Both the position numbers and the translations under genes were made by a program. A stretch of DNA of 64,000 bases from Chitinophagales bacterium (lineage in GTDB: Bacteria; Bacteroidota; Bacteroidia; Chitinophagales; LD1): the NCBI GenBank assembly GCA_044228065.1, contig JBGAVP010000001.1:26271-90270 (forward strand). The letters run 5' to 3'. Position 1 is the first letter of the stretch; each line of letters starts with the position of its first letter. Below, piece after piece: positions 10,383 through 22,000 of this stretch. Below the pieces are notes generated by a model. The model was not told the origin of the DNA, made no database searches, and saw only the letters and a program-made list of their open reading frames with translations.

Positions 10383-10958
10383 TTGGTTTTATTGCTAGAT
10401 AATTACGATTCCTTTACTTTCAATCTTCAAGATTACATCTTGCAATTGGGTGAGGAATGTCGTGTAATTCGAAATGATGAATTTACCACAGAGGAAATAA
10501 GTGCTGACTCATTTGATTCTTTGGTAATTTCTCCAGGGCCCAAAACTCCCAAAGATGCTGGAATAACGATGCAGATGATAGAAAAATTTTATTTATCAAA
10601 ACCTATACTAGGTATTTGTTTGGGACATCAAGCTATTGGAGAATTTTTTGGGGCTACACTAGAGAAAGCACAAAAACCGATGCATGGGAAAACTTCTGTT
10701 ATTAATTGTGAAGACCATTTTCTTTTTAAAGACCTACCCAAACAGCTAGAAGTAATGCGTTATCATTCATTAATTTTAAAAAAAACAGAAACTACTTCGC
10801 TCAAAATTATAGCCCAAACAAATGAGCATGAAATAATGGCTATTGCTCACAAAAGCTTGCCTATAGCAGGTTTACAATTTCACCCAGAATCTGTACTTAC
10901 CAAAGATGGGTTAACATTGTTGAGAAATTGGTTCAATCATTGTAATGGTGTGAAGTAA
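10383..10958 (+). CDS. Anthranilate/aminodeoxychorismate synthase component II (glutamine amidotransferase)
   Basis: DNYDSFT, SPGP, GICLGHQ, RYHSL and QFHPES motifs; TTG start. Confidence 0.95.
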   Translation: MVLLLDNYDSFTFNLQDYILQLGEECRVIRNDEFTTEEISADSFDSLVISPGPKTPKDAGITMQMIEKFYLSKPILGICLGHQAIGEFFGATLEKAQKPMHGKTSVINCEDHFLFKDLPKQLEVMRYHSLILKKTETTSLKIIAQTNEHEIMAIAHKSLPIAGLQFHPESVLTKDGLTLLRNWFNHCNGVK

Positions 10959-10996
10959 TTTTCTTTCAATAAAAATTAAGAATTAATATAAAAAAG

Positions 10997-11004
10997 TATT
11001 TTTG
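10997..11004 (+). promoter_or_regulatory. -7 promoter element upstream of the alpha/beta hydrolase
   Basis: TATTTTTG, 19 nt before the ATG at 11024. Confidence 0.5.
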
Positions 11005-11023
11005 GTTTTATCAGTAGTTATTT

Positions 11024-11788
11024 ATGAGTTTTGAAATAAAAGAAGAAGGCAAATTTAAGTACGTTGAAAAGGGCGAAGGAGAAGTCATATTCTTACTACA
11101 CGGTCTTTTTGGTGCACTGAGTAATTTTGCCGATGTAATAAACTATTTTTCTTCCCGTTATAAGGTTGTAATACCGCTTTTGCCTTTATATACCCTAGAA
11201 CTCGACCAAACTACAGTTACTGGAATGGTAGAGCATATTGATGAATTTGTACAACTAAAAGGATATAAAAATCTGAACATCATTGGTAATTCTTTAGGGG
11301 GCCACATTGCTATTGTTTACACCTTGCTTCGTCAAGAAAATGTTCGCTCTATGACACTCACAGGCAGTTCGGGCTTGTTTGAAAGTTCGCTGGGAGACCA
11401 ATATCCACGAAAAAGTGATTACGAATTTATTAAGAAAAAAACAGCCGATACTTTTTATGACCCTAATGTAGCCACTAAGGAATTGGTAGATGAAGTTTTT
11501 GAAATAGTAAACAATCGCGAAAAGGCAATTCGTACTATTGTAATGGCAAAATCGGCTGTACGACATAATTTGAGAGACGATTTGCAACACATTACCATTC
11601 CCTGCAATCTTATATGGGGAGCGAACGATACGGTAACTCCACCATTTGTAGGAGAAGAATTTAAGAAGCTATTAAAAAATTCAGAGCTTACTATTTTAGA
11701 TAAATGCGGCCATGCAGCTATGATGGAAGTACCCGAAGTGTTTAATGCTTGCATGGATGCATTTCTGACAAAAGTTTTACAATCATAA
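11024..11788 (+). CDS. Alpha/beta fold hydrolase
   Basis: LLHGLFG, GNSLGGH, IWGANDTVTP and CGH motifs. Confidence 0.92.
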   Translation: MSFEIKEEGKFKYVEKGEGEVIFLLHGLFGALSNFADVINYFSSRYKVVIPLLPLYTLELDQTTVTGMVEHIDEFVQLKGYKNLNIIGNSLGGHIAIVYTLLRQENVRSMTLTGSSGLFESSLGDQYPRKSDYEFIKKKTADTFYDPNVATKELVDEVFEIVNNREKAIRTIVMAKSAVRHNLRDDLQHITIPCNLIWGANDTVTPPFVGEEFKKLLKNSELTILDKCGHAAMMEVPEVFNACMDAFLTKVLQS

Positions 11789-11853
11789 AACAGTTTGGCA
11801 TCTTAATTGTTCTTTATTCGTATAAAATATCAAGTAACCGTTAGCTATTAAAA

Positions 11854-12519
11854 ATGTTCGCTAAAGAAATCATATCAGATGCTTTAAAACCGCTTGAATA
11901 CAGCGATACAGGCGAACATGCCATGGTGCTGATGCACGATTACAACGTGAGCCAATTGCCAGTTGTAGATGAAGGAAAGTATGTAGGCTTAATTTCGCTT
12001 GATGAAATTCTTTCGCTCCGTCATTTAAACGACCCACTTAAAAAAATTCACACTTCCCTTACTAAACCTTATGTACACGAGTCTTCTCATCTTTTTGATG
12101 TAATGAAAGCTGGGGTAGAGTTTAATGTAAAAGTAATTCCGGTGCTTTCGGATACAGATGATTCATATCTTGGAATTATTTCTGCAGAAGGCTGTATGCG
12201 TGCTTTTGCATTGCTAAATTCTGTGAGAGATGAGGGCAGCGTTTTAGAATTGGAAGTACCCATCAAAGATTTTCAACTTTCTGAAATTGCTAGAATTGTA
12301 GAATCCAACGGAGCTACTATTTTGGCTTATTATTCCAATATTATACAAGAAAACAGTTTGGTAGAAGTAACCTTGAAACTGAATACCAATGAGCTTTCTG
12401 CAATAGTAGCTGCTTTTGAACGCTACGAATACATTGTAAAAGGAGTGCATCAAGAAGAAGAGTATACCGAAGATTTAAAAGATCGCTACGATGCTTTTAT
12501 GCGCTTTATGGAAGTGTAG
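11854..12519 (+). CDS. CBS domain protein (AcuB-like, CBS pair plus ACT-like C-terminus)
   Basis: QLPVVD..YVGLIS and IPVLSD..YLGIIS CBS repeats; LSEIARIVESN; FERYEY. Confidence 0.9.
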   Translation: MFAKEIISDALKPLEYSDTGEHAMVLMHDYNVSQLPVVDEGKYVGLISLDEILSLRHLNDPLKKIHTSLTKPYVHESSHLFDVMKAGVEFNVKVIPVLSDTDDSYLGIISAEGCMRAFALLNSVRDEGSVLELEVPIKDFQLSEIARIVESNGATILAYYSNIIQENSLVEVTLKLNTNELSAIVAAFERYEYIVKGVHQEEEYTEDLKDRYDAFMRFMEV

Positions 12520-12521
12520 TT

Positions 12522-13259
12522 TTATGCTGAAATAATTACGTCCTTTTCTTCCAAAAAATCTTTTTCTTCCCTCATCCGCATCAGCAATCGAGCCACCGTT
12601 ACCACATCTCGTTGACAATATTCTACAATTCGCTTCAATCCTTTTTCTTCGTAATACACTCGGCAAACATCCTTGCCTTCTATATCTTCTTTGGGACTGG
12701 GAACACCCAATACATGCGCTAATAATTTAAGGGAAGTATAGTTTTTGTAATCACCAAAGCGCCACAAATGTAGGGTGTCTATATCGCCTATCTCCCAAGG
12801 TTTCTTTCCCGATACATCAAATAGATTGGGCAGTTTAATGGTATGGATAAGCATTCTCCGACAAATGTACGGCACATCAAACTCCCGAATGTTGTGCCCG
12901 CAAAAATGATAATGGTCAGAATCTGAAAAATGCTTTTCAAAAATAGCAGCGAGTTCTTGTAATAATTTCTTTTCATCATCTCCTGAAAAGGATTTTAGAC
13001 GAAACTGATCGGTATTGCTTTCTCTATCATATTTAAAATAGCCAATCGAAATACAAATGATTTTCCCAAACTCTGCATAAATACCCGCCCGTTTTAAATA
13101 GCCCTCTTCTCCTGTTTCATTTTCGGCCTTGAAAGTGGCGTGTTTAGTAGCCCACAACTCCTTTTCAATTTCTGATAACTGCTCATACGATGCATATTGT
13201 GGAACAGTTTCTATGTCGATAAAAAGGAGGTTTCGGAGGTAACCATTTTTTAAAAGCAT
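12522..13259 (-). CDS. PolB-related DEDDy 3'-5' exonuclease
   Basis: FIDIETVP, GHNIREFDVPY, DTLHLW and YCQRDV motifs. Confidence 0.9.
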   Translation of the reverse strand: MLLKNGYLRNLLFIDIETVPQYASYEQLSEIEKELWATKHATFKAENETGEEGYLKRAGIYAEFGKIICISIGYFKYDRESNTDQFRLKSFSGDDEKKLLQELAAIFEKHFSDSDHYHFCGHNIREFDVPYICRRMLIHTIKLPNLFDVSGKKPWEIGDIDTLHLWRFGDYKNYTSLKLLAHVLGVPSPKEDIEGKDVCRVYYEEKGLKRIVEYCQRDVVTVARLLMRMREEKDFLEEKDVIISA

Positions 13260-13387
13260 AAGCAGCAATTTGTTTTTAATAAATTAGATACAAAGTACAG
13301 AGAGCTTATAAATTTGAATGCAAAGTAATGTACAGCAACTATTTTGCCAATCTTTGATTTACGTAATAGCGAGATTCGGCAATTGTT

Positions 13388-13395
13388 TATATTCG
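13388..13395 (+). promoter_or_regulatory. -7 promoter-like element upstream of lysS
   Basis: TATATTCG, 20 nt before the ATG at 13416. Confidence 0.45.
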
Positions 13396-13415
13396 CTCTC
13401 CCAAATAGAAAAACT

Positions 13416-14930
13416 ATGAGTCAACATTTAAGCGACCAAGAGGTAGAAAGAAGAGAGAAATTAAAAAGACTTGCCGAGCTAGGAATAGATGCCTATCCGC
13501 CCGAGTTGTTTGAGGTAAATGCCACTACATCTCAAATTCTAAAAGAGTTTGACCCAGAGGCGAAGAACTTTCAGGAAGTGAGTATAGCCGGTCGTATGAT
13601 GCGTATGCGCGATATGGGCAAGGCTGGTTTTGCAGTACTGCAAGATGAAGTGGGCAAAATACAACTCTATATTCAGCGCGATTCTATTTGCCCTGGCGAA
13701 GACAAAACTTTGTATGCAGAGTTGTTTAAAAAGCTGTTGGATATTGGTGATTTTATTGGCGTGAAGGGCTACACTTTTGTGACTAAAACTGGTGAGACCT
13801 CTATTCACGTGAGTGAATTGAAGTTGCTTGGAAAATCGCTTCGTCCACTACCTATAGTAAAAGAAAAAGATGGTGAATTATACGATGCCTTTACTGACCC
13901 AGAACTGCGCTACCGCCAGCGTTATGTAGATTTGGTAGTCAATCCTCATGTGAAGGATACGTTTTTGAAACGTACTAAAATGATTAAAACCATTCGCGAT
14001 TTCCTAAACGATCACGGTGCTATGGAAGTAGATACACCTGTGTTGCAAAACATCCCGGGTGGTGCTGCTGCACGTCCTTTTGCTACGCATCACAATGCGC
14101 TAGATGTTCCCTTTTATTTGAGAATAGCAAATGAATTGTACTTGAAACGCTTGATAGTAGGTGGTTTTGACTGGGTTTATGAATTTAGCCGCAACTTTAG
14201 AAATGAAGGAATGGATAGAACGCACAATCCGGAATTTACAGTACTGGAATTTTATGTAGCCTACAAAGACTATTTCTGGATGATGGACTTCACCGAAAAA
14301 ATGATGGAGAAAATTGCACTAGAGCTACACGGAACTACCGAAGTGCAAGTGGGAGATAAGGTGATCAATTTTAAAGCTCCCTTCAAACGCATCGCTATTT
14401 ATGATGCCATCAAAGAACATACAGGTTTTGATGTGAGCGAAATGAATGAAGAGCAACTACTCGATGTCTGCAAACAACTGCATATAGAAACCGACAAGAG
14501 TATGGGCAAAGGGAAATTGATTGATGAAATTTTTGGAGGAAAATGCGAAGGCAATTACACGCAACCTACTTTCATTATAGATTACCCCGTAGAGTTAAGT
14601 CCATTGACCAAAAAGCACCGTAGTAAAAAGGGTTTGGTAGAGCGTTTTGAATTGATGATAAATGGCAAAGAAATAGCCAATGCTTATACTGAATTAAATG
14701 ACCCAATAGACCAACGTGCACGTTTTGAAGAGCAAATAAAACTACAGGAACGTGGAGATGACGAAGCGATGTTTATTGACCATGATTTTTTACGAGCTTT
14801 AGAATATGGGATGCCACCTACATCGGGTATTGGGATTGGGATTGACCGTTTGGCTATGCTCATGACCAATCAAGCCACCATTCAAGAGGTGTTGTTTTTC
14901 CCACAAATGAGACCTGAAAAAGAAGAATAA
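13416..14930 (+). CDS. lysS: Lysine--tRNA ligase (class II)
   Basis: RYRQRYVDL, GGAAARPF, FRNEGMDRTHNPEFT and YGMPPTSGIGIGIDRL motifs. Start MSQHL preferred. Confidence 0.98.
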   Translation: MSQHLSDQEVERREKLKRLAELGIDAYPPELFEVNATTSQILKEFDPEAKNFQEVSIAGRMMRMRDMGKAGFAVLQDEVGKIQLYIQRDSICPGEDKTLYAELFKKLLDIGDFIGVKGYTFVTKTGETSIHVSELKLLGKSLRPLPIVKEKDGELYDAFTDPELRYRQRYVDLVVNPHVKDTFLKRTKMIKTIRDFLNDHGAMEVDTPVLQNIPGGAAARPFATHHNALDVPFYLRIANELYLKRLIVGGFDWVYEFSRNFRNEGMDRTHNPEFTVLEFYVAYKDYFWMMDFTEKMMEKIALELHGTTEVQVGDKVINFKAPFKRIAIYDAIKEHTGFDVSEMNEEQLLDVCKQLHIETDKSMGKGKLIDEIFGGKCEGNYTQPTFIIDYPVELSPLTKKHRSKKGLVERFELMINGKEIANAYTELNDPIDQRARFEEQIKLQERGDDEAMFIDHDFLRALEYGMPPTSGIGIGIDRLAMLMTNQATIQEVLFFPQMRPEKEE

Positions 14931-14943
14931 AACTTAAGAAACT

Positions 14944-14972
14944 GGCTGGCTCTTTGCCAGCCTTTATTTTTT
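14944..14972 (+). terminator. Intrinsic terminator after lysS
   Basis: GGCTGGC-TCTTT-GCCAGCC followed by a T-rich tract. Confidence 0.8.
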
Positions 14973-15003
14973 ACAGATATTTACTTCACATCAACCTTAC
15001 AAA

Positions 15004-16785
15004 ATGAACACTCTCAAATATTTTTCTGTTTCTGTTGCTTTTATTTTAATTGTGCAAAATACTTTTGCCCAAAAACCAGAAGTAGTAGCCCCTAAATCGG
15101 AAGCGCAAAAACGAGAAGAATATTTACAATCACTTCCTCAAAAAACACGAGACTCCATTGTGTTTATGGAATGGAAAAAAGGGGTGGCTGAAAGAGAAAA
15201 GTTAAACGAAGAAAATGCAAAGGCACAATTAGCAGAAGCATTAGCGAATCCTTTGCAGACAAAAACGCTCACACTTTCTTATTATCCAAAAACAGAATTG
15301 GATTCAAAAATTGTATCGTTACAAAATTTAGAAGAACTACATCTCACTAAATCAAAAACCATTGATTTAAAAAAATTATTTGATTTATTATCCAAACTCC
15401 CTAAGCTCAAAGTGCTCGACCTTTCTGGTGGCTACTATACTTCGCTACCTTATAACGTAGAACTTCTCACGGGTTTAGAAACTTTGATTTTAAAAGACAA
15501 CAATTTCAAGACGCTACCAGAGAACTTCAGCAAGCTGAAAAATTTGAAAGTTTTAAATCTGGAACACAATGCCTATCTCTATGATTCTGATGTATATGAT
15601 GTTTTAAAACCTATGCGAGTAGAGGACCTCAATTTCTCTGCGAGTGGACTTTTTGAAATCAATGATAAAATAGGAGCCCTTAAATCTCTGAAAAAAATTG
15701 ATTACAGCAGAAACGATATTAAAGTGCTTCCAACATCTATTTCGCAGTTGTCTAATTTAGAGTCTGTATCACTAAATGAAAATCTAAAATTAGATTTAGT
15801 TGCAGTTTCCAAATCACTAAGCGCTTTCACAAAATTACAAGAGTTAAACCTGCAGCAATGCAATTTGACTACATTACCCTTAGAGGTTGGTGAAATAAAA
15901 ACATTGAAAATTTTAACCCTTCATAGCAACACACTCACCTCTCTTCCTGCAAATTTTTCCAATCTCATTAATCTTGAATTTTTGGATTTAGGCTGTTTAG
16001 AAAATGGTTACAGAATGAATGCTCTAAGCTCTCTGCCATTAGGTTTCGGGAATTTGAAAAAGCTTCAGAAATTAGATTTAAGCGGCAATCAATTGCGCAG
16101 TCTTCCTACAGATTTTGACCAACTAAAAGAGCTGTCTTACCTAGACTTAAACTTAAATCAATTAACAGAGTTGCCATCTTTATTTAGCTCCCTTACAAAA
16201 CTTAAATTCTTAAATCTGAATGGCAATAAAATAGCAAGCATTTCACCTGCTATTGGAAATTTAACCGCATTGGAATCGCTCTTTTTGAATGGAACATTTC
16301 CAAACAAACCCAGCGAGAAAATAAAAGTATTGCCTAATGAAATTTGCAATCTAAAGAATTTAAAAACGCTAAAACTAAAAGACAATGTAATAGAAACCTT
16401 GCCAGAAAACATAGGAAACATGAGCAGTCTAGAGTACTTAGATGTAAAAGACAATTTGCTTTCTACGCTTCCATTGTCCATTACTAAGCTTACTAAACTT
16501 TCGTATTTAGATTTAAAAGCTAACGAACTAAAAGCATTACCAGAAAATTTTTCATCGCTTTCATCGCTTTCAGATTTGACCATAGCCATGAACACCACCC
16601 TAGATGTAAATGGAGCATTAGCTCAAGTTTCTAAATTGAAAAATTTAACCTTTCTGGATATGAGCTATAACAATATCAATCGTCAACAAGCACAATTAGT
16701 GATTGATGCTTTACCCAATTGTAAGATTATCAATATGGATTATTCTAATCAGCCGTTCATTAATATGAGTGGTCGAAACAAATAA
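15004..16785 (+). CDS. Secreted leucine-rich repeat protein (~20 LRRs)
   Basis: Sec signal ending TFA-Q; repeated LxxLxxLxLxxNxLxxLPxxF units; C-cap LPNCKI. Confidence 0.92.
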   Translation: MNTLKYFSVSVAFILIVQNTFAQKPEVVAPKSEAQKREEYLQSLPQKTRDSIVFMEWKKGVAEREKLNEENAKAQLAEALANPLQTKTLTLSYYPKTELDSKIVSLQNLEELHLTKSKTIDLKKLFDLLSKLPKLKVLDLSGGYYTSLPYNVELLTGLETLILKDNNFKTLPENFSKLKNLKVLNLEHNAYLYDSDVYDVLKPMRVEDLNFSASGLFEINDKIGALKSLKKIDYSRNDIKVLPTSISQLSNLESVSLNENLKLDLVAVSKSLSAFTKLQELNLQQCNLTTLPLEVGEIKTLKILTLHSNTLTSLPANFSNLINLEFLDLGCLENGYRMNALSSLPLGFGNLKKLQKLDLSGNQLRSLPTDFDQLKELSYLDLNLNQLTELPSLFSSLTKLKFLNLNGNKIASISPAIGNLTALESLFLNGTFPNKPSEKIKVLPNEICNLKNLKTLKLKDNVIETLPENIGNMSSLEYLDVKDNLLSTLPLSITKLTKLSYLDLKANELKALPENFSSLSSLSDLTIAMNTTLDVNGALAQVSKLKNLTFLDMSYNNINRQQAQLVIDALPNCKIINMDYSNQPFINMSGRNK

Positions 16786-16794
16786 AAACAACTA

Positions 16795-18960
16795 TTAAAT
16801 CTCCCGCAGATATGCATATTCTGCACAGTCGTGGTATTTTAGTTTTAGTTGCTCACAATCTTTTTTCCAATAATTTATTCGCCATTTCTTATTGGAAGTA
16901 TCAAAAACTACTTCGTCAAAATCAATTATTTTTTTCAAATTTTCTAAATATACTTTTGGATTATGAGAGAGAATTACCACATCCAGTTTTAAACGATTCT
17001 GAAAAGTATCATTTGTTTTAGACAATGCTTGATCTACCACTAAAACGCTGAAATCGTTTACTACAAACAGTTTTCCAAAAGGCATTTGTGTAGTGGATAG
17101 AAATTGATTTTGACTGGTATCAATTTTCGATTCCGTTTTCACACCACTTTCCCACCAATGATGTTTTACATGAAACAGCATACTGCTTTCATTATTCAGC
17201 AACGCGGTGTCAAAATCATAATACACATTTCGTCTATCTAAAAAAGCGATGGCACTTTTACCTGGAACCGAGTAAACCACTAACTGATTTTGCTTAGAAT
17301 TTCGCACAGCCTCCACCACATTCACAGTAGCTAAAACTAAAACACAAACCAAAGATGCAATGAAAACTTTGGCTCTCTTTTCGGCTATCATCCACAGAAT
17401 AAAAATTATCAAAAGATAAATAACATACATCTCAAACTGAGTAATCACTAGCCTTTCAATCAAAGCAAAAGACAATCCATCTATCCAAAAAATAAATTTA
17501 TTGAGTCCTACTAATAGGATATTAAATACCCAACCTACAATGGTCAATAATGGCTTGCACCAGCCTACAGCAAACAATCCCATCCCTGCCCACAAAATAA
17601 AATCGCTTACTGGAATCACAATTAAATTAGATAGTAAAAACAAATTTGGGAACTGATGGAAATACAAAATACTTAATGGGAAAGTAGCAATTTGTGCGGC
17701 TATAGAAATACTTATAATTCCCCAAGCTTTATCCAAAATATAATTTTTGGTTTGCCATCTTTCATAAATAATAGGGTGCATATACACAATACCCAACACG
17801 GCTAAATAACTCAGTTTGAAACCTACCTCGGTTATCAAATAGGGATTCCAAAACAACAACAATAAACAAGAAGTAGCTAGCACATTGTAGGTGCTCACTT
17901 CGCGATCTATAGTCTTGGCAATAATTATCATTCCAAACATTACCACCGCTCTTAAAACGGAAGGACTTAATCCTGTTAGAATGGCATAAAAGGAAATAAT
18001 GCCTATAATTAAAATTGCTCGTATCCATTTTAGTTTTTGACTCCGCTCCATCCATCCTAAAAACAATTGCAACATCATAAATACTATGCCCACATGCAAA
18101 CCCGATACGCTCAAAACGTGCAATGCACCACTGCTGGAATAGGCCTGTACCACTTCTGAATTCATATAGTCTCTATAGCCAAGCATGATAGCCGTAGCCA
18201 CAGCTAGTTCGTTTTCTTCTGGTACGGTTTGCAAAATCAAAGAGAGAAAATAAGTGCGAATGCGATAGATGGCTTTCAATATTTTACTTCCTGTATTTAG
18301 CCTTGCGTTTTTCCACTCACCGCTTTTTAAATTTATTCTGTGATAAATATTATGAAAGCTTTGGTATTGCTTGTAATTAAACTCATTTGGATTTCTAGGC
18401 GCATCTAATTCTTTCAAATTTCCATGAAACAATATTACATCTCCATATTGCAGTTGCTCGCTGAAAGTATCTCTGGGTAAGGTTACCATTGCTTTTCCAG
18501 AAACTTGTTGTTGTAAAGAATCTTCATACAATTCTTTCACTTCTGCTATGGCTGTAATTTTTTTAGCTCGCACTAAAGTAGGCTCTGTAATTTCAGCGAC
18601 ATAAAACTTTCCGTGTTGTAGCGTATCGTTCACAGATTGATGCGCTAAATGATTTGCATGAAAAGTATCTGTATTATACCAAGTAAGTATGTTGCCCAAA
18701 AAGAAAAGTATCATGAAAAGAACAACTCCTGCTAAAAACCGAAATCGAAATAATTGAACAGGATTTTTAAGGTTGTTGATATAGCCAAGAGCTATTCCAC
18801 CCAAGAACAAACCTATCCAACTTATAAATACAACATCTTCATAAAAAGAAGTGGGCAATTGAATTTGTAAAACCCCGATAAAAAACAAGACTCCCACTAC
18901 ATAAGGTAGTAGCAAGCGTACAGCGGGTATTTCATTCCAAAAGGAGCGTAAGTCACTCAT
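16795..18960 (-). CDS. comEC: ComEC/Rec2 competence membrane protein
   Basis: NPNEFNY (DUF4131), GALHVLSVSGLHVG, PSVLRA, GFKLSY and HQFP motifs. Confidence 0.93.
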   Translation of the reverse strand: MSDLRSFWNEIPAVRLLLPYVVGVLFFIGVLQIQLPTSFYEDVVFISWIGLFLGGIALGYINNLKNPVQLFRFRFLAGVVLFMILFFLGNILTWYNTDTFHANHLAHQSVNDTLQHGKFYVAEITEPTLVRAKKITAIAEVKELYEDSLQQQVSGKAMVTLPRDTFSEQLQYGDVILFHGNLKELDAPRNPNEFNYKQYQSFHNIYHRINLKSGEWKNARLNTGSKILKAIYRIRTYFLSLILQTVPEENELAVATAIMLGYRDYMNSEVVQAYSSSGALHVLSVSGLHVGIVFMMLQLFLGWMERSQKLKWIRAILIIGIISFYAILTGLSPSVLRAVVMFGMIIIAKTIDREVSTYNVLATSCLLLLFWNPYLITEVGFKLSYLAVLGIVYMHPIIYERWQTKNYILDKAWGIISISIAAQIATFPLSILYFHQFPNLFLLSNLIVIPVSDFILWAGMGLFAVGWCKPLLTIVGWVFNILLVGLNKFIFWIDGLSFALIERLVITQFEMYVIYLLIIFILWMIAEKRAKVFIASLVCVLVLATVNVVEAVRNSKQNQLVVYSVPGKSAIAFLDRRNVYYDFDTALLNNESSMLFHVKHHWWESGVKTESKIDTSQNQFLSTTQMPFGKLFVVNDFSVLVVDQALSKTNDTFQNRLKLDVVILSHNPKVYLENLKKIIDFDEVVFDTSNKKWRINYWKKDCEQLKLKYHDCAEYAYLREI

Positions 18961-18989
18961 GTTTTGAAGATTAGCTAAATCTTACAAAA

Positions 18990-19013
18990 CAAAAACCCCG
19001 CCAAAAGCGGGGT
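18990..19013 (-). terminator. Intrinsic terminator after nrdJ
   Basis: ACCCCGC-CAAAA-GCGGGGT stem, with a T tract on the minus strand. Confidence 0.8.
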
Positions 19014-19045
19014 AATTATTATTTTATTGAATGTTCTTTAATCTA

Positions 19046-22000
19046 TTACGAACAACCCATGCTGTTACCGCAGTTCATACACTTATAGCAAGTACCACTT
19101 CTGAGCGTTATATTTCCACACACATTACATGGTGGTGCATCTCCTCCCATATCTTTTAAGTGGCTATTTAAATTTGCCAATGCATTATTTGCAACAGAAA
19201 GTTTTCTTGTTTCTGCTTTAGGTTTTTCTACCATTTCTGGGTGCACCTTTTTAATAATGGGCTCTTGGTCTAGGTCTCCAATATCAGTGGTTAAATCCAG
19301 CGTGCTAACCTCTCTAGAAGCCATTTCGCTTGGGGTTACATGTACCAGGTCTGTTCTTCCCAAATATTCAAATGCCAACAAACGGAAAATGTAATCTACT
19401 ATAGAAGATGCGTTTTTGATATTCGGATGATCTACCATACCGCTTGGCTCAAAACGAGTGAACGTAAATTTGTTCACGAATTCTTCCAAAGGCACACCAT
19501 ACTGCAATCCTATAGAAACCGAAATAGCAAAACAGTTCATTAAACTTCTAAATGATGCACCTTCTTTGTGCATATCAATAAAAATTTCTCCTAAAGTAGT
19601 ATCGTCATACTCACCCGTTCTTACAAATACCGTTTGTCCGCCTACTTTTGCTTTTTGGGTAAAACCATTGCGTTTGTGAGGAAGTGATTTTCTTTCTACA
19701 ATTCTAGAAAGCGCACGTTTGAAAGAAGTATCGGTAGACTCTTGCATCAAAACACGAGCAGCTTCTAAAACTTGCTCTGGTGTAAGTTTGCTAAAAATAT
19801 CTTCTGACTTACGCTCTGTAGTCTCATTTGTAGAAGTAGCTTTTTCTTCTTTCTCATCGTCTTTCTTATTAGAAAGCGGTTGAGACATTTTACATCCATC
19901 ACGGTAAAGTGCATTGGCTTTCAAGCCCAATCTCCAACTTAATTCGTAGCAAGACTGAATGTCATCCACGGTTGCTTCATTAGGAAGGTTAATCGTTTTA
20001 GAAATAGCACCACTCAAGAAAGGCTGAGTAGCCGCCATCATTTTTATGTGCCCGAATGCATGAATAAAACGTGTGCCTTTGGTACCGCATTTATTGGCAG
20101 TATCAAATACTGGATAGTGCTCTTCCTTTAAGAATGGCGCACCTTCCACAGTCATGGTACCACACACATATTCGTTGGCTACTTCTAGCTCTTGTTTGTT
20201 GAATCCTAACTCGCGCAATAGATTAAATTTAGGATGGTTGTATTGCTCCGATGTAAATCCTAATCGTTGCAAAGTTGCTTCACCTAAACTCCATACATTA
20301 AATGCAAATGTAATATCAAATGCTGCTGCTAAACCTGCTTCAATTTTTTCTAAATCAATGGCTGTAAATCCTTTTGCCATTAAAGTTTCTGGGTTTACAG
20401 AAGGACAACCTTTTAGAGTAGCATATCCTTTTGCATAATTTACGATTGCTTCAGATTCTCTTTCGTTGTATCCTAAAGTTTTTAAAGCAGAAGGAATAGC
20501 TTGGTTAATGATTTTGAAATAACCACCACCCGATAATTTTTTAAACTTCACTAAAGCAAAATCTGGTTCTACTCCTGTAGTATCGCAATCCATTACCAAA
20601 CCAATAGTTCCTGTTGGTGCTATCACAGTTGTTTGAGCATTGCGGTATCCATATTTGTCTCCCAGTTGCAAAGCCTCATCCCATGAGTTACAAGCAGCTT
20701 TCAATAAATAATCTGGGCAAACTGCTTGGTCTATTCCTACTGGTTTTACTTCCAATCCTTCGTAGCTTTCTGCAGGCATATTGTATGCAGCATAGCGATG
20801 ATTGCGCATTACACGCATCATGTGCTTTTTGTTTCTTTCGTATCCTGCAAAAGGTCCGTGAACCGAAGCCATTTCTGCTGAAGTCTTGTAAGATGTTCCT
20901 GTCATGATAGCAGTGATAGCACCACCAATAGCACGTGCTTTGTCGCTATCGTAAGGAATTCCGCTTACCATTAAAAGTGTACCCAAGTTAGCATATCCTA
21001 AACCTAATGTTCTGAATTCGTACGATAATTGCGCTACTTCTTCTGATGGGAACTGTGCCATTAAAACGGAAATTTCCAACACCATCGTCCAAATACGCGA
21101 CATGTGCTCAAAGCCTTTCACATCCAGCAACAAAGTATCTGAATTGTAAAATTTCATCAAATTGAACGATGCCAAATTACAAGCGGTATTATCTAAGAAC
21201 ATGTATTCTGAACATGGGTTAGAAGCTCTGATAGGGCCATCTTCCGGGCAAGTATGCCACTCGTTAATGGTAGTGTCATACTGAACTCCTGGGTCTGCAC
21301 AACGCCAAGCTGCTGTAGCTATTTTATCCCAAACATCGGTAGCAGGAATAGACTTCATGCTTCTTCCATCGGTACGTGCACGTAAATGCCAGTCGCCTTT
21401 TTCCTCTAATGTTTTAAAGAAAGAATTAGGGATACGAACGGAGTTGTTAGAGTTTTGACCCGCTACAGTTTTGTACGCTTCTCCTTCGTAGTGATTGCTG
21501 TAACCCGCATCTATCAAGGCTTTCACCTTGTCTTCTTCTTTCATTTTCCAATCAATGAAATCCAACACTTCTGGGTGGTCTAAATCTAAACAAACCATTT
21601 TAGCAGCACGTCTGGTAGTACCTCCCGATTTAATAGCACCTGCAGCGCTATCACCTATTTTTAAGAAAGACATCAAACCAGAAGAAGTTCCTCCTCCGCT
21701 TAATCTTTCGCCTTCTCCACGAATGTTAGAAAAGTTAGTACCTACCCCAGAACCGTATTTGAAAATACGAGCCTCACGTACCCATAGGTTCATGATACCA
21801 CCTTCGTTTACCAAATCATCATCTACCGAAAGAATGAAACATGCGTGTGGTTGTGGTCTTTCGTAAGCAGAAGTAGAGCGTGTCAAAACGCCTGTGTCTG
21901 GGTCTACATAATAGTGCCCTTGAGCCTTTCCTGTAATTCCGTAAGAAGAATGTAAACCAGTATTAAACCATTGCGGAGAGTTCGGTGCTGCCATTTGGCC

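Noticed and set aside
16158-16598. 146-aa antisense ORF inside the LRR gene, and the many other 60-125 aa antisense or alternative-frame ORFs
   Set aside because: These are shadows of well-supported genes and show no motifs.
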